From: Chthoniobacteraceae bacterium
GTDB lineage: Bacteria > Verrucomicrobiota > Verrucomicrobiia > Chthoniobacterales > Chthoniobacteraceae
Length of the DNA: 10,825 nt
Assembly (NCBI GenBank): GCA_037190965.1
Contig: JBBCKI010000036.1
Span: 1-10,825 of the forward strand
Direction of reading: 5' to 3'
The notes below the pieces were generated by a model, which saw nothing but the letters and a program-made list of their open reading frames with translations, was not told the DNA's origin and ran no database searches. Below are positions 1 to 7,629 of the stretch, piece after piece. The position numbers and the translations under genes were made by a program. Every line of letters starts with the position of its first letter. Position 1 is the first letter of the stretch.

Positions 1-20
1 GAAGAGTCGCGTTTGACGCT

Positions 21-48
21 CATCCCCGCAGGACCGGCTGCTGGGATG
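21..48. other. Inverted repeat / hairpin
   Basis: CATCCC-C-GCAG (21-31) pairs with CTGC-T-GGGATG (38-48), giving 10 bp with one mismatch around a 6-nt loop. It lies in noncoding DNA downstream of the minus-strand kinase. There is no adjacent U-tract, so its role is uncertain. Confidence 0.35.
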
Positions 49-167
49 CGGCCCTCATGGAGCCAGGGGAGCCGATACCCGCGCTCGACGGCGCGAGCGG
101 GCTACCGGTGCTGCCGCACCTCTTTTTTTGTAACCAGCAAAGAAGCCCCCTCCCCTCACCCGACCGG

Positions 168-1580
168 TTACTTCGGCATCGTGCAGACGATTGCCGTTCC
201 GCCTTCCGGCAGCCTGCGGATCTCCAGTTCCGCCCCGATGGCGCGGCTCCGGTACTTCATGATATGGAGCCCCAACCCGGAACTGTTCTCCCCTTTCGGA
301 GGATCGCCCTGGTTGAATCCGACTCCGTCGTCCTGCACGGTCAGGGTCACTTCCTTGCGACTGTTGGAGAGAACAATCTGAAGCCGCTTGGCTTGCGAAT
401 GTTTAATGGCGTTATGCACCGCCTCCTGCGCGATCCGGAAGAGGTGGATTGAGGTCGTCTCATCCACAAAGCTGGCGGTACGCGGCACCCGGAGGCTGCA
501 TCGAATCTTCCCGATGACACGGGCCTGCTCCGCGAGTTCCTGCAGAGCGACAATCAGTCCCTCTTCCTGTTCCTGATGCATGGGGGCGAGCCCCTTGGCC
601 AGAGCGCGGACCTCGGCGATGGCGTCCTTGACAAGAGTGGTGATCTGCCGGGCGTCTTCCGCCTGCTTGAGCTTGAGACGCAACAGGTCCTCGAAGAGTA
701 CGTTTCCCAGAAGCGAGATGCCGACGAGATATTGGCAAAGGTTCTCGTGCAGTTCCTGCCCCAGTCGCTGCTTTTCCTTGTCGCTGGTGTCGATGATTTC
801 GCGCTCCATCGCCTTGAGTTCGGAAATGTCGCGCGCGATTCCGAAAACTCCCTTCACTTTCCCATTCGCGGAGCGGTGCACCCCTTTGGTGACCAAAAGA
901 GTGCGAAATCCTTGCGCGGTCGCAAGATTGGTTTCGAACGTGTGCGTTTTCCCGTGAGCGATGGTTTCGGCGTTCTGTTCCAATAGAAAGCGACCAAGAT
1001 CCTGTGAAACGATTTCCGATCCCTTTTTTCCAACGATGTCGGCGGCATCCACCCCCAGCCATTTCGCCGTGGCGGCGTTGGCCATCAGGACGCGACCTTT
1101 GGGATCACAGAGGAAAAACGCATCTTCCGTCTCGTCTAGAATCGTCTCGGAAAGAACCCGGCTCCGGTAAACCGATTCGGATTTCCGTGGCCCAAGGTCG
1201 AAATGGGAGACCATTCCTCCCCTCCCCTTTGGTAAAGGGGCGATATTCACCACAAAACGATGCTCTACCCCGGAGGCATTCGGGGCGACGTAATCGCAGG
1301 AAAACCGGTCCGTCCGCCCCTCGATCACTGCATTGAGCCCGGCGGAAATGGCTTCGGCCCTCGGGAGCGGGAGCCCCGGTGCGCCGCTGCGGCAAAGGTC
1401 CAGATAGAGCACTCCCAGGGCAGCCGGGATTGAGGGTTCCTTCCCTGGGGAGGCTCGCCGCCAAGCCTTGTTGACGGCGGTGATTCGCCCCGCTTTATCC
1501 AGCAAGGCGATTGGCTCCGGGATTGCGTCCGCCGCCACCCAGTTTTTCTTGCCCCGTATCGCCGCTGGATCCTCTCCCAT
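168..1580 (-). CDS. Cytoplasmic PAS-PAS sensor histidine kinase, NarX/UhpB (HisKA_3) type, 470 aa
   Basis: Two PAS-like segments (DAIPEPIALLDKAGRITAVNKAW; DETEDAFFLCDPKGRVLMANAA...GVFGIARDISE). H-box RLGQELHENLCQ, N-box RIAQEAVHNAIKHS, G1 VQDDGVGF, G2 GLGLHIMKYR. No hydrophobic TM segment. Confidence 0.93.
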   Translation of the reverse strand: MGEDPAAIRGKKNWVAADAIPEPIALLDKAGRITAVNKAWRRASPGKEPSIPAALGVLYLDLCRSGAPGLPLPRAEAISAGLNAVIEGRTDRFSCDYVAPNASGVEHRFVVNIAPLPKGRGGMVSHFDLGPRKSESVYRSRVLSETILDETEDAFFLCDPKGRVLMANAATAKWLGVDAADIVGKKGSEIVSQDLGRFLLEQNAETIAHGKTHTFETNLATAQGFRTLLVTKGVHRSANGKVKGVFGIARDISELKAMEREIIDTSDKEKQRLGQELHENLCQYLVGISLLGNVLFEDLLRLKLKQAEDARQITTLVKDAIAEVRALAKGLAPMHQEQEEGLIVALQELAEQARVIGKIRCSLRVPRTASFVDETTSIHLFRIAQEAVHNAIKHSQAKRLQIVLSNSRKEVTLTVQDDGVGFNQGDPPKGENSSGLGLHIMKYRSRAIGAELEIRRLPEGGTAIVCTMPK

Positions 1581-1646
1581 GTTGGAGCGGGCTTTAAAGC
1601 GGCCCGCGCGCTTGGTGAAGCCGGTTTTGACCGGTCATTTCGGGTT

Positions 1647-3671
1647 TTAGGCCGGAGATTCCGTCAGACCATGGGGATACTCCGGGGCCACCGTCGTCCC
1701 TTCGTGCGGGTGCGGCGGCGGTTCGGGGCGCGTGCTGGAGCCGGTCTCCGACGGAGGAGGCGGCGGGTTCCTCATGCTTCCACACTGAATGATATCGCGG
1801 ATCTGCGAGCCATCGAGCGTCTCATATTCAAGCAACGCTTTTGCGATGATTTCGAGTTTATCCCGATGATCGGTCAGCAGTTGCTTGGCCCTGGCGTACG
1901 CATCGTCACAGAGGCCACGCACTTCGCGGTCAATTTCCTGAGCGGTCGCTTCCGAGTAATCACGGGATTTGTTCAGGTCGCGGCCAAGGAAGACGTGCTC
2001 TTCGTGCTGGCCGTACTCCACCATGCCCATCTTCTCGCTCATGCCCCATTCGCAGACCATCTTGCGGGCAATGGTCGTCGCCTGGCGGATGTCGCCACTG
2101 GCGCCGTTGGTCACGTCGCCGAACACGAGTTCCTCCGCGACCCGGCCCCCCATGATCATGACGATCCGGTCGAGCAATTCTTTCTTGCGGTTGGTGTACT
2201 GGTCCCCCGCCGGGAGAGACATCGTCAGACCGAGTGCGGGACCGCGCGGGATAATCGTCACCTTGTGCAGGGGATCCACGTTATCGAGCGCTTCGCACAG
2301 GAGAGCGTGGCCGGCCTCATGATAGGCGGTCAGTTCCTTCTCCTTGTCGCTCATGGCCAGGCTGCGGCGTTCGCGCCCCCAGCGCACCTTGTCGCGCGCT
2401 TCGTCAAGCTCCGACATGGTGATCGCCTTTTTGCCGCGGCGTGCCGCCATCAGGGCGGCCTCGTTGATCACGTTGGCCAACTCGGCCCCCGAATAACCGG
2501 GAGTGCCGCGGGCGATCACGGCCATATCCACGTCGGCCTCGATCTTTACCCGTTTGGAGTGAACCTTGAGGATCTGTTCGCGCCCCTTCACGTCGGGAAG
2601 GTTTACGGTGATCTGCCGGTCAAAACGGCCCGGGCGCAGCAGCGCCGGGTCGAGCACGTCGGCGCGGTTGGTCGCGGCGATGATGATGACCCCCTCCTGG
2701 GTATCGAAGCCGTCCATCTCCACGAGCAGCGCGTTGAGGGTCTGCTCCCGCTCGTCGTGGCCGCCGCCGAGGCCGTGGCCACGGTGCCGCCCCACGGCGT
2801 CGATTTCGTCGATAAAGATAATACAGGGAGCGTTCTTTTTGCCCTGCTCAAACATGTCGCGTACGCGGCTCGCGCCGACGCCGACAAACATTTCCACAAA
2901 GTCGGAACCGCTGATCGAGAAGAACGGCACGTCCGCCTCGCCCGCGATGGCGCGAGCCAGCAGCGTTTTGCCGGTTCCCGGAGGGCCGACAAGCAGGACG
3001 CCCTTGGGAATACGGCCGCCGAGCTTCTGGAATTTCTTCGGGTCACGGAGGAATTCGACGAGTTCATGCACTTCGTCCTTCGCCTCTTCCACCCCGGCAA
3101 CATCCTTGAAGGTGATCTTGTTCCGGTCGCGGGAAAGCATCTTGGCCTTGCTCTTGCCGAAGCTCATCGCCCCCTTGCCCGCCATTTTAAGCTGTTGGCG
3201 GAAGAAAAAGTAGAGAATCAGCAGGAAAAGACCGATCGGCAGGAACGCCAGGACGGTGTTCAGGATGACGCTGGAGTCCGAAACATAGGCCACTTTCAGC
3301 CCCTCCTTGGTGAGTCGGGCCTCGAGGTTTGGCACAAATTGCGGGTCAACCTTCACCTTGAATGGCGCGGTCTCTTTGCTGGCCTTGTCGGGATAATAAA
3401 ACCCTCCGATCGTGCGGAGCGCCTTGCCATCCTCATTGGAAACCTCCACGGGCTTTTCTGTCGCAATCTGCTTATCTTCAAGCATTTGCGTGAATTTATA
3501 CCAAGGCATTGGCTCCTGGTTGCCCAAAGGATGGACGACAAAGGAGACAGCGATCAATGCGATGGCGGCGCCGAAAAGGATTATCCCGCGCCAATTGAAA
3601 TTGGGATCCGAGCCGTTGCCGTTGTTACGCGGCGGGCGCTCTTTTGGAGAACGTGAGTCAAGCTGAGCCAT
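1647..3671 (-). CDS. ftsH: ATP-dependent zinc metalloprotease FtsH, 674 aa from the ATG at 3671
   Basis: Two N-terminal TM segments, Walker A GPPGTGKT, Walker B IIFIDEID, pore loop [32 protein letters not shown], zinc motif HEAGH (2307-2321). The ATG at 3671 (MAQLD) has AGAAGG 9 nt upstream and is preferred over the ORF-track GTG start at 3713. Confidence 0.98.
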   Translation of the reverse strand: MAQLDSRSPKERPPRNNGNGSDPNFNWRGIILFGAAIALIAVSFVVHPLGNQEPMPWYKFTQMLEDKQIATEKPVEVSNEDGKALRTIGGFYYPDKASKETAPFKVKVDPQFVPNLEARLTKEGLKVAYVSDSSVILNTVLAFLPIGLFLLILYFFFRQQLKMAGKGAMSFGKSKAKMLSRDRNKITFKDVAGVEEAKDEVHELVEFLRDPKKFQKLGGRIPKGVLLVGPPGTGKTLLARAIAGEADVPFFSISGSDFVEMFVGVGASRVRDMFEQGKKNAPCIIFIDEIDAVGRHRGHGLGGGHDEREQTLNALLVEMDGFDTQEGVIIIAATNRADVLDPALLRPGRFDRQITVNLPDVKGREQILKVHSKRVKIEADVDMAVIARGTPGYSGAELANVINEAALMAARRGKKAITMSELDEARDKVRWGRERRSLAMSDKEKELTAYHEAGHALLCEALDNVDPLHKVTIIPRGPALGLTMSLPAGDQYTNRKKELLDRIVMIMGGRVAEELVFGDVTNGASGDIRQATTIARKMVCEWGMSEKMGMVEYGQHEEHVFLGRDLNKSRDYSEATAQEIDREVRGLCDDAYARAKQLLTDHRDKLEIIAKALLEYETLDGSQIRDIIQCGSMRNPPPPPSETGSSTRPEPPPHPHEGTTVAPEYPHGLTESPA

Positions 3672-3726
3672 GATAAAATACCTTCTTCTCGTGCGGATTT
3701 CATTACCCCACAAGCGTTCGGCGGCA

Positions 3727-3754
3727 AACTTAGGCTTTCTCCGCGATTGGTCAA
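3727..3754 (-). promoter_or_regulatory. Candidate sigma70-type promoter for ftsH
   Basis: The minus strand reads TTGACC-N16-TAAGTT, with the -10 ending 55 nt upstream of the ftsH ATG. Confidence 0.5.
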
Positions 3755-3906
3755 CCCACTTATCGCAATGAAACAGTCCTTATTCGTAATTCTTCCCCCA
3801 TGGAGCCGGGGAATCTTCGCTCCTCTGTCCGACAGGGATTCCTTTGGCGTTTCCAGTTTGCCGGAATCGTGAGAGATTAGCGGGCTAAGAACTCAATTTC
3901 TTTGGA

Positions 3907-6900
3907 ATGACCGATCTAGTGGAAAAACTTGGAAACCGCCTCAGCGCGCTCACGCCGTCGCTGACGCCGCTGTTTCACCGGCTGCACAGCAGCGGGCGGA
4001 CCTTGGCCCGTCGCGCCCTGCGCAAGCCGAGAACGATGACCGAGGGGCCCAACCTCCTTCCGCTCCTCATCCAGGTGCTGGCCGCGTTTTCCAAGGTAGA
4101 CGGCCGGGTGCTCGAGGAGGAAATCGACTCATCGCTCGGTTTCCTGCGGCATGATTACCCGGAAACTGTTTATTCGGAGTTGCGGCGGCTTTTCCGCCAG
4201 GCGCTCAACGAGCAGCAGGACCTCATGGGCATGGCCCAGAAACTCTCCACCCAGTTGAGCACGGACCGGAAGATCATGCTCGGGGTGCAGTTGTACGACC
4301 TGATCGCCAAGTCCGATCTCGATAACAACGAACAGCTCGTCAATTTCTACGCCTTCATGTCGCAACTCGGCATGGCGGCGCAGGCCATCGACATCGTTTA
4401 CCAGCTCAACGCCTCCACTGATGCCGACCCCTCCATTTACCAGAAAGGAGCCTCCCCGCTGGAGGCCCTCTGCTTCGGTTATGGAGAAGATTGCGACGTC
4501 ACCCTCAAGGGGATTGGCAAAGACGAGCGCCTGATGGCGTTCCGCTACCACGATCTCATCCTTCTCAAAAACCAGACGCAACGGCCGGTCTTTGTCCGTG
4601 GGCGTCCCTTGCAAAGGGGGGACTTCTGCCGCGTCTACGCGGGGCAGCGGATCCTCTTGGGAGAACAGGTGCTGACCCACCAGGATCTAGTCTGGTACTT
4701 CAACGCCAAAAAAAACATCGTCGCCACCAATTTCTATATCTCCATCGACGAGGGGGGCGAGGTGTTGCTGGAGACGAGCCGCTCCCGCGATTCGTGTCTG
4801 GAGGTTCGCTTTGGGCTGAAGGTGCAGGTCAAGGCGCTCAAGAATGTCGATGCGGTCCTCAACGGCGTCGATCTCAAGGCCGAAGCCACCGCAGAGGGAA
4901 CGCTGGAAGAAAGCATCGAGTTCGGCAACGGCTCCGAGTTGCCCCTCTCAGAGCTTCGCCGCAAAGCCCGCGCCATCGGCAGCCGCTTTCAACTCAAGGC
5001 CCACAAAAGCGAGTACCTGGTCTCCAACGACCCTGGGCTGATCGGCGAGGAAGACATTCTCCTCTCCCCCGGAACGGGAGGCGACCTCCTGCTGAGAATC
5101 CAGTGCGACTACGAAAATCGCATCGGCCAGCTTCAGGTGCTTCAGGCGGATCGGCCGATCCTCGTTGGCGAGACCCCTGTACGCAACTCGGCCGCGCTGG
5201 CCGACGGCGATGTCATCCGCATTGACACCGGGCAAGTTCTTCGGTGCGACTTCTCCGAACGCATCATCGAAGAGGAGCGCTACGTCATCTCCTCGCTGGA
5301 AGCGCGTGACCTGACGCATCGTTTCAGCGCCGAGAGCATCGGACTCGACGGCATCTCCTTTGGCGTCAGCCGGGGGGAGATGGTCTGCGTTATGGGCCCC
5401 AGCGGTTGCGGAAAATCGACGCTCCTGCGCGTTCTCGGCGGCCAACTGCGCCCGCAGCAAGGCGAAGTCCTTCTCAACAGCGCCCCGCTTTATCAAAATG
5501 TCGAGGGGCTCAAGCAGCACCTCGCTTACATCCCCCAGGACGACGCTTTTGACGAACACCTGACCATTGGAGAAAACCTCGATTTCGCCGCCGCCATCCG
5601 TTCCCCTCACCTCTCCGCCCGCGACCGCGTGCGCCGCATCGAAGGGAAACTCGCGGAACTTGGCTTGAGCGAGCGGAGGGATTCCATCGTCGGTCATCCG
5701 GGAAAGAAGACCCTCTCCGGCGGCGAGCGCAAGCGGCTCAACATCGGCCTCGACATGATCGGCGGGGCAGACGTGTTCCTTTTTGACGAACCGACCAGCG
5801 GCCTCTCCTCCAAGGACGCAGAGCACGTCGTCGAAATCATCCGGGCGATGGCACACAACAAGATCGTCCTCGTCACGATCCACCAGCCCACCTCCAAGAT
5901 TTTCCAGATGTTTAGCAAAGCGATGCTGCTGGACAAAGGCGGCAAGCTTGTTTTCTACGGCACCCCGCGCGAAATGCTCGAGTACTTCGCAGAAGCCGAG
6001 CACGAGCAGCACTTCGGGACCGAGCTTGGCGGTTGCCCCGCCTGCGGCACCACGCGCCCCGAATTTATCTTCGACGTGCTGGAGACCCCCCTGCGCGATC
6101 TTTCCGGCGACATCATCTACGAGGAGAACAACCTCGGCCAACTCGTCCCCGCGCGGCGATATTCCCCTGAGTATTGGCGCGACAAATACGAATCGTTCCG
6201 GTTGTTGCAGGATGTTCACCAGGTTGGCGTGCGCCAGCCGTCCCCAGTCGCCCCCCCGGCCCCTGCCGCAACTCCGGCGGGGAGTGAAAAGAAAGAGCGC
6301 ATCCGCTGGCGTGACGAGTGGACGCAGTTTCAGACGCTGCTTCGACGCGCATTCCTAAGCAAAATGCGCAACCGCGCCAACCTGCTCACCACGATTGTGG
6401 AGGCTCCCGTGCTCGCCCTGCTCATCGGCGGCGTTCTTCTCTATTCTGAGAAAGGAAGCTACGACTTCGCGAGCGCCTACCACATCCCGACGTATCTCTT
6501 CCTCTCTCTCATCGTCGCGATGTTCCTCGGGCTTACCAACTCCGCCGACGACATCATCCGGGATCGGAGCGTTCTTCAGCGCGAGCGCAATCTGAACGTT
6601 CGGCTGCCATACTATATTGTCGCCAAATCGCTCACCCTCGCGCTCTTTGCCGCCCTCCAGTGCGCCATGTTCATCCTGATCGGCAACGCGATTCTGGAGA
6701 TTCGCGGCATGTTCTGGATCTATTTTTGTTTTACATTCATCACCGCCTTTACCGGCATCGCCATGGGGTTGTTCATCTCCTCGCTGGTAGCCGACGGAAA
6801 GACAGCGGCCAACCTCGTCCCGCTCATTCTCATTCCGCAGATCATTCTTGGCGGCGCGCTCATCAAGTACGAGGAGATGAACCGTAACCTCGACTTCATC

Positions 6901-7554
6901 TACACCATCAATCGCTGGTTCAGCGTTCACCCGGAGCGCGCCCGGGACAAAAACGAAAGCGCGCTTCAGGTCCCTTTTGTGTGCGAATTCGTCCCGATGC
7001 GCTGGAGTTACGAGGCGCTGGTCGTCGCGCAGCACAAGCTCAACCCTCTCACCGCAAGGCAGGAGGCGATTCAAAAACAGATCGACGCCGCCGTCGCCCG
7101 CCAGAAAATCACTCCGCTCAACGAAGAGCAGTATGAACGCCTGGGCGATCTCAAGGACACGCTCGCGCTTCTTTCCGGCCTGGAGGGAAAAACGGCCAAC
7201 GAAGTCGGCGAACGCCTCAGGCGCGTGGATCGGATCATTGAGGGAAGCCCGCTCGTCCCGCGCGAACTGCGCGTCCGCAAGGCGCGGGTCACTGCCGAGC
7301 AGCTTTACGTGAACCAGAAAGTGAACGATCTCGTGGCCAAAGCCGAAGGCGAGCAGCGCGACTACCGGCGCGGAGCCCACAAGATCAACGTCTTCTTCGG
7401 TCCTGAAAAATTCGCCTACTTCAAAATCGGCAACCGCGAGTACACCCTCCACGGCAGCGTCCTGCTGGTCAACGCGGCTGTCCTTCTCGCCTTCAGCTTC
7501 GCCACGCTGGGGGGGCTTTGGATCAGCCTGCGGCGGCAGTTGAGGACGGAATAG
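3907..7554 (+). CDS. Multidomain ABC half-transporter (TerB-like + FHA-like domains + ABCG-type NBD + ABC-2 type TMD), 1215 aa
   Basis: Walker A GPSGCGKST (5395-5421), Q-loop YIPQDD, signature LSGGERKR, Walker B VFLFDEPT, H-loop TIHQP. The C-terminal hydrophobic helices have ABC-2/ABCG-type motifs (IIRDRSVLQRER...YIVAK; PQIILGG; PMRWSYEAL). An alternative start at ATG 4036 is possible. Confidence 0.93.
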   Translation: MTDLVEKLGNRLSALTPSLTPLFHRLHSSGRTLARRALRKPRTMTEGPNLLPLLIQVLAAFSKVDGRVLEEEIDSSLGFLRHDYPETVYSELRRLFRQALNEQQDLMGMAQKLSTQLSTDRKIMLGVQLYDLIAKSDLDNNEQLVNFYAFMSQLGMAAQAIDIVYQLNASTDADPSIYQKGASPLEALCFGYGEDCDVTLKGIGKDERLMAFRYHDLILLKNQTQRPVFVRGRPLQRGDFCRVYAGQRILLGEQVLTHQDLVWYFNAKKNIVATNFYISIDEGGEVLLETSRSRDSCLEVRFGLKVQVKALKNVDAVLNGVDLKAEATAEGTLEESIEFGNGSELPLSELRRKARAIGSRFQLKAHKSEYLVSNDPGLIGEEDILLSPGTGGDLLLRIQCDYENRIGQLQVLQADRPILVGETPVRNSAALADGDVIRIDTGQVLRCDFSERIIEEERYVISSLEARDLTHRFSAESIGLDGISFGVSRGEMVCVMGPSGCGKSTLLRVLGGQLRPQQGEVLLNSAPLYQNVEGLKQHLAYIPQDDAFDEHLTIGENLDFAAAIRSPHLSARDRVRRIEGKLAELGLSERRDSIVGHPGKKTLSGGERKRLNIGLDMIGGADVFLFDEPTSGLSSKDAEHVVEIIRAMAHNKIVLVTIHQPTSKIFQMFSKAMLLDKGGKLVFYGTPREMLEYFAEAEHEQHFGTELGGCPACGTTRPEFIFDVLETPLRDLSGDIIYEENNLGQLVPARRYSPEYWRDKYESFRLLQDVHQVGVRQPSPVAPPAPAATPAGSEKKERIRWRDEWTQFQTLLRRAFLSKMRNRANLLTTIVEAPVLALLIGGVLLYSEKGSYDFASAYHIPTYLFLSLIVAMFLGLTNSADDIIRDRSVLQRERNLNVRLPYYIVAKSLTLALFAALQCAMFILIGNAILEIRGMFWIYFCFTFITAFTGIAMGLFISSLVADGKTAANLVPLILIPQIILGGALIKYEEMNRNLDFIYTINRWFSVHPERARDKNESALQVPFVCEFVPMRWSYEALVVAQHKLNPLTARQEAIQKQIDAAVARQKITPLNEEQYERLGDLKDTLALLSGLEGKTANEVGERLRRVDRIIEGSPLVPRELRVRKARVTAEQLYVNQKVNDLVAKAEGEQRDYRRGAHKINVFFGPEKFAYFKIGNREYTLHGSVLLVNAAVLLAFSFATLGGLWISLRRQLRTE

Positions 7555-7592
7555 GCCAGAGTGACGTTCTAGCATCCCGGAAATCCTCGTCA

Positions 7593-7620
7593 TTGCGCCG
7601 GGCGGTCTTCCCGCTAAGCT
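7593..7620 (+). promoter_or_regulatory. Candidate promoter for the membrane kinase
   Basis: TTGCGC-N16-TAAGCT ending 9 nt before the ATG at 7630, with no Shine-Dalgarno in between. Confidence 0.4.
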
Positions 7621-7629
7621 GCTTTCCCG

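Noticed and set aside
89..129. Possible plus-strand terminator ending in T7 (123-129)
   Set aside because: The preceding GC-rich stem is poorly paired and separated from the T-run, and no upstream gene can be confirmed in the window.
13..1336. Plus-strand and alternative-frame ORFs overlapping the PAS kinase
   Set aside because: They overlap a well-supported gene and have Arg/Ser/Pro-rich or otherwise motif-free composition typical of spurious frames.
1671..3656. 661-aa plus-strand ORF antisense to ftsH
   Set aside because: It is a shadow frame of a conserved high-GC gene, with no recognisable motifs. Such antisense ORFs result from codon bias.
3672..3713. Extended GTG start of ftsH at 3713
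   Set aside because: The ATG at 3671 has a purine-rich RBS-like sequence at suitable spacing, and the 14-aa extension has no support.
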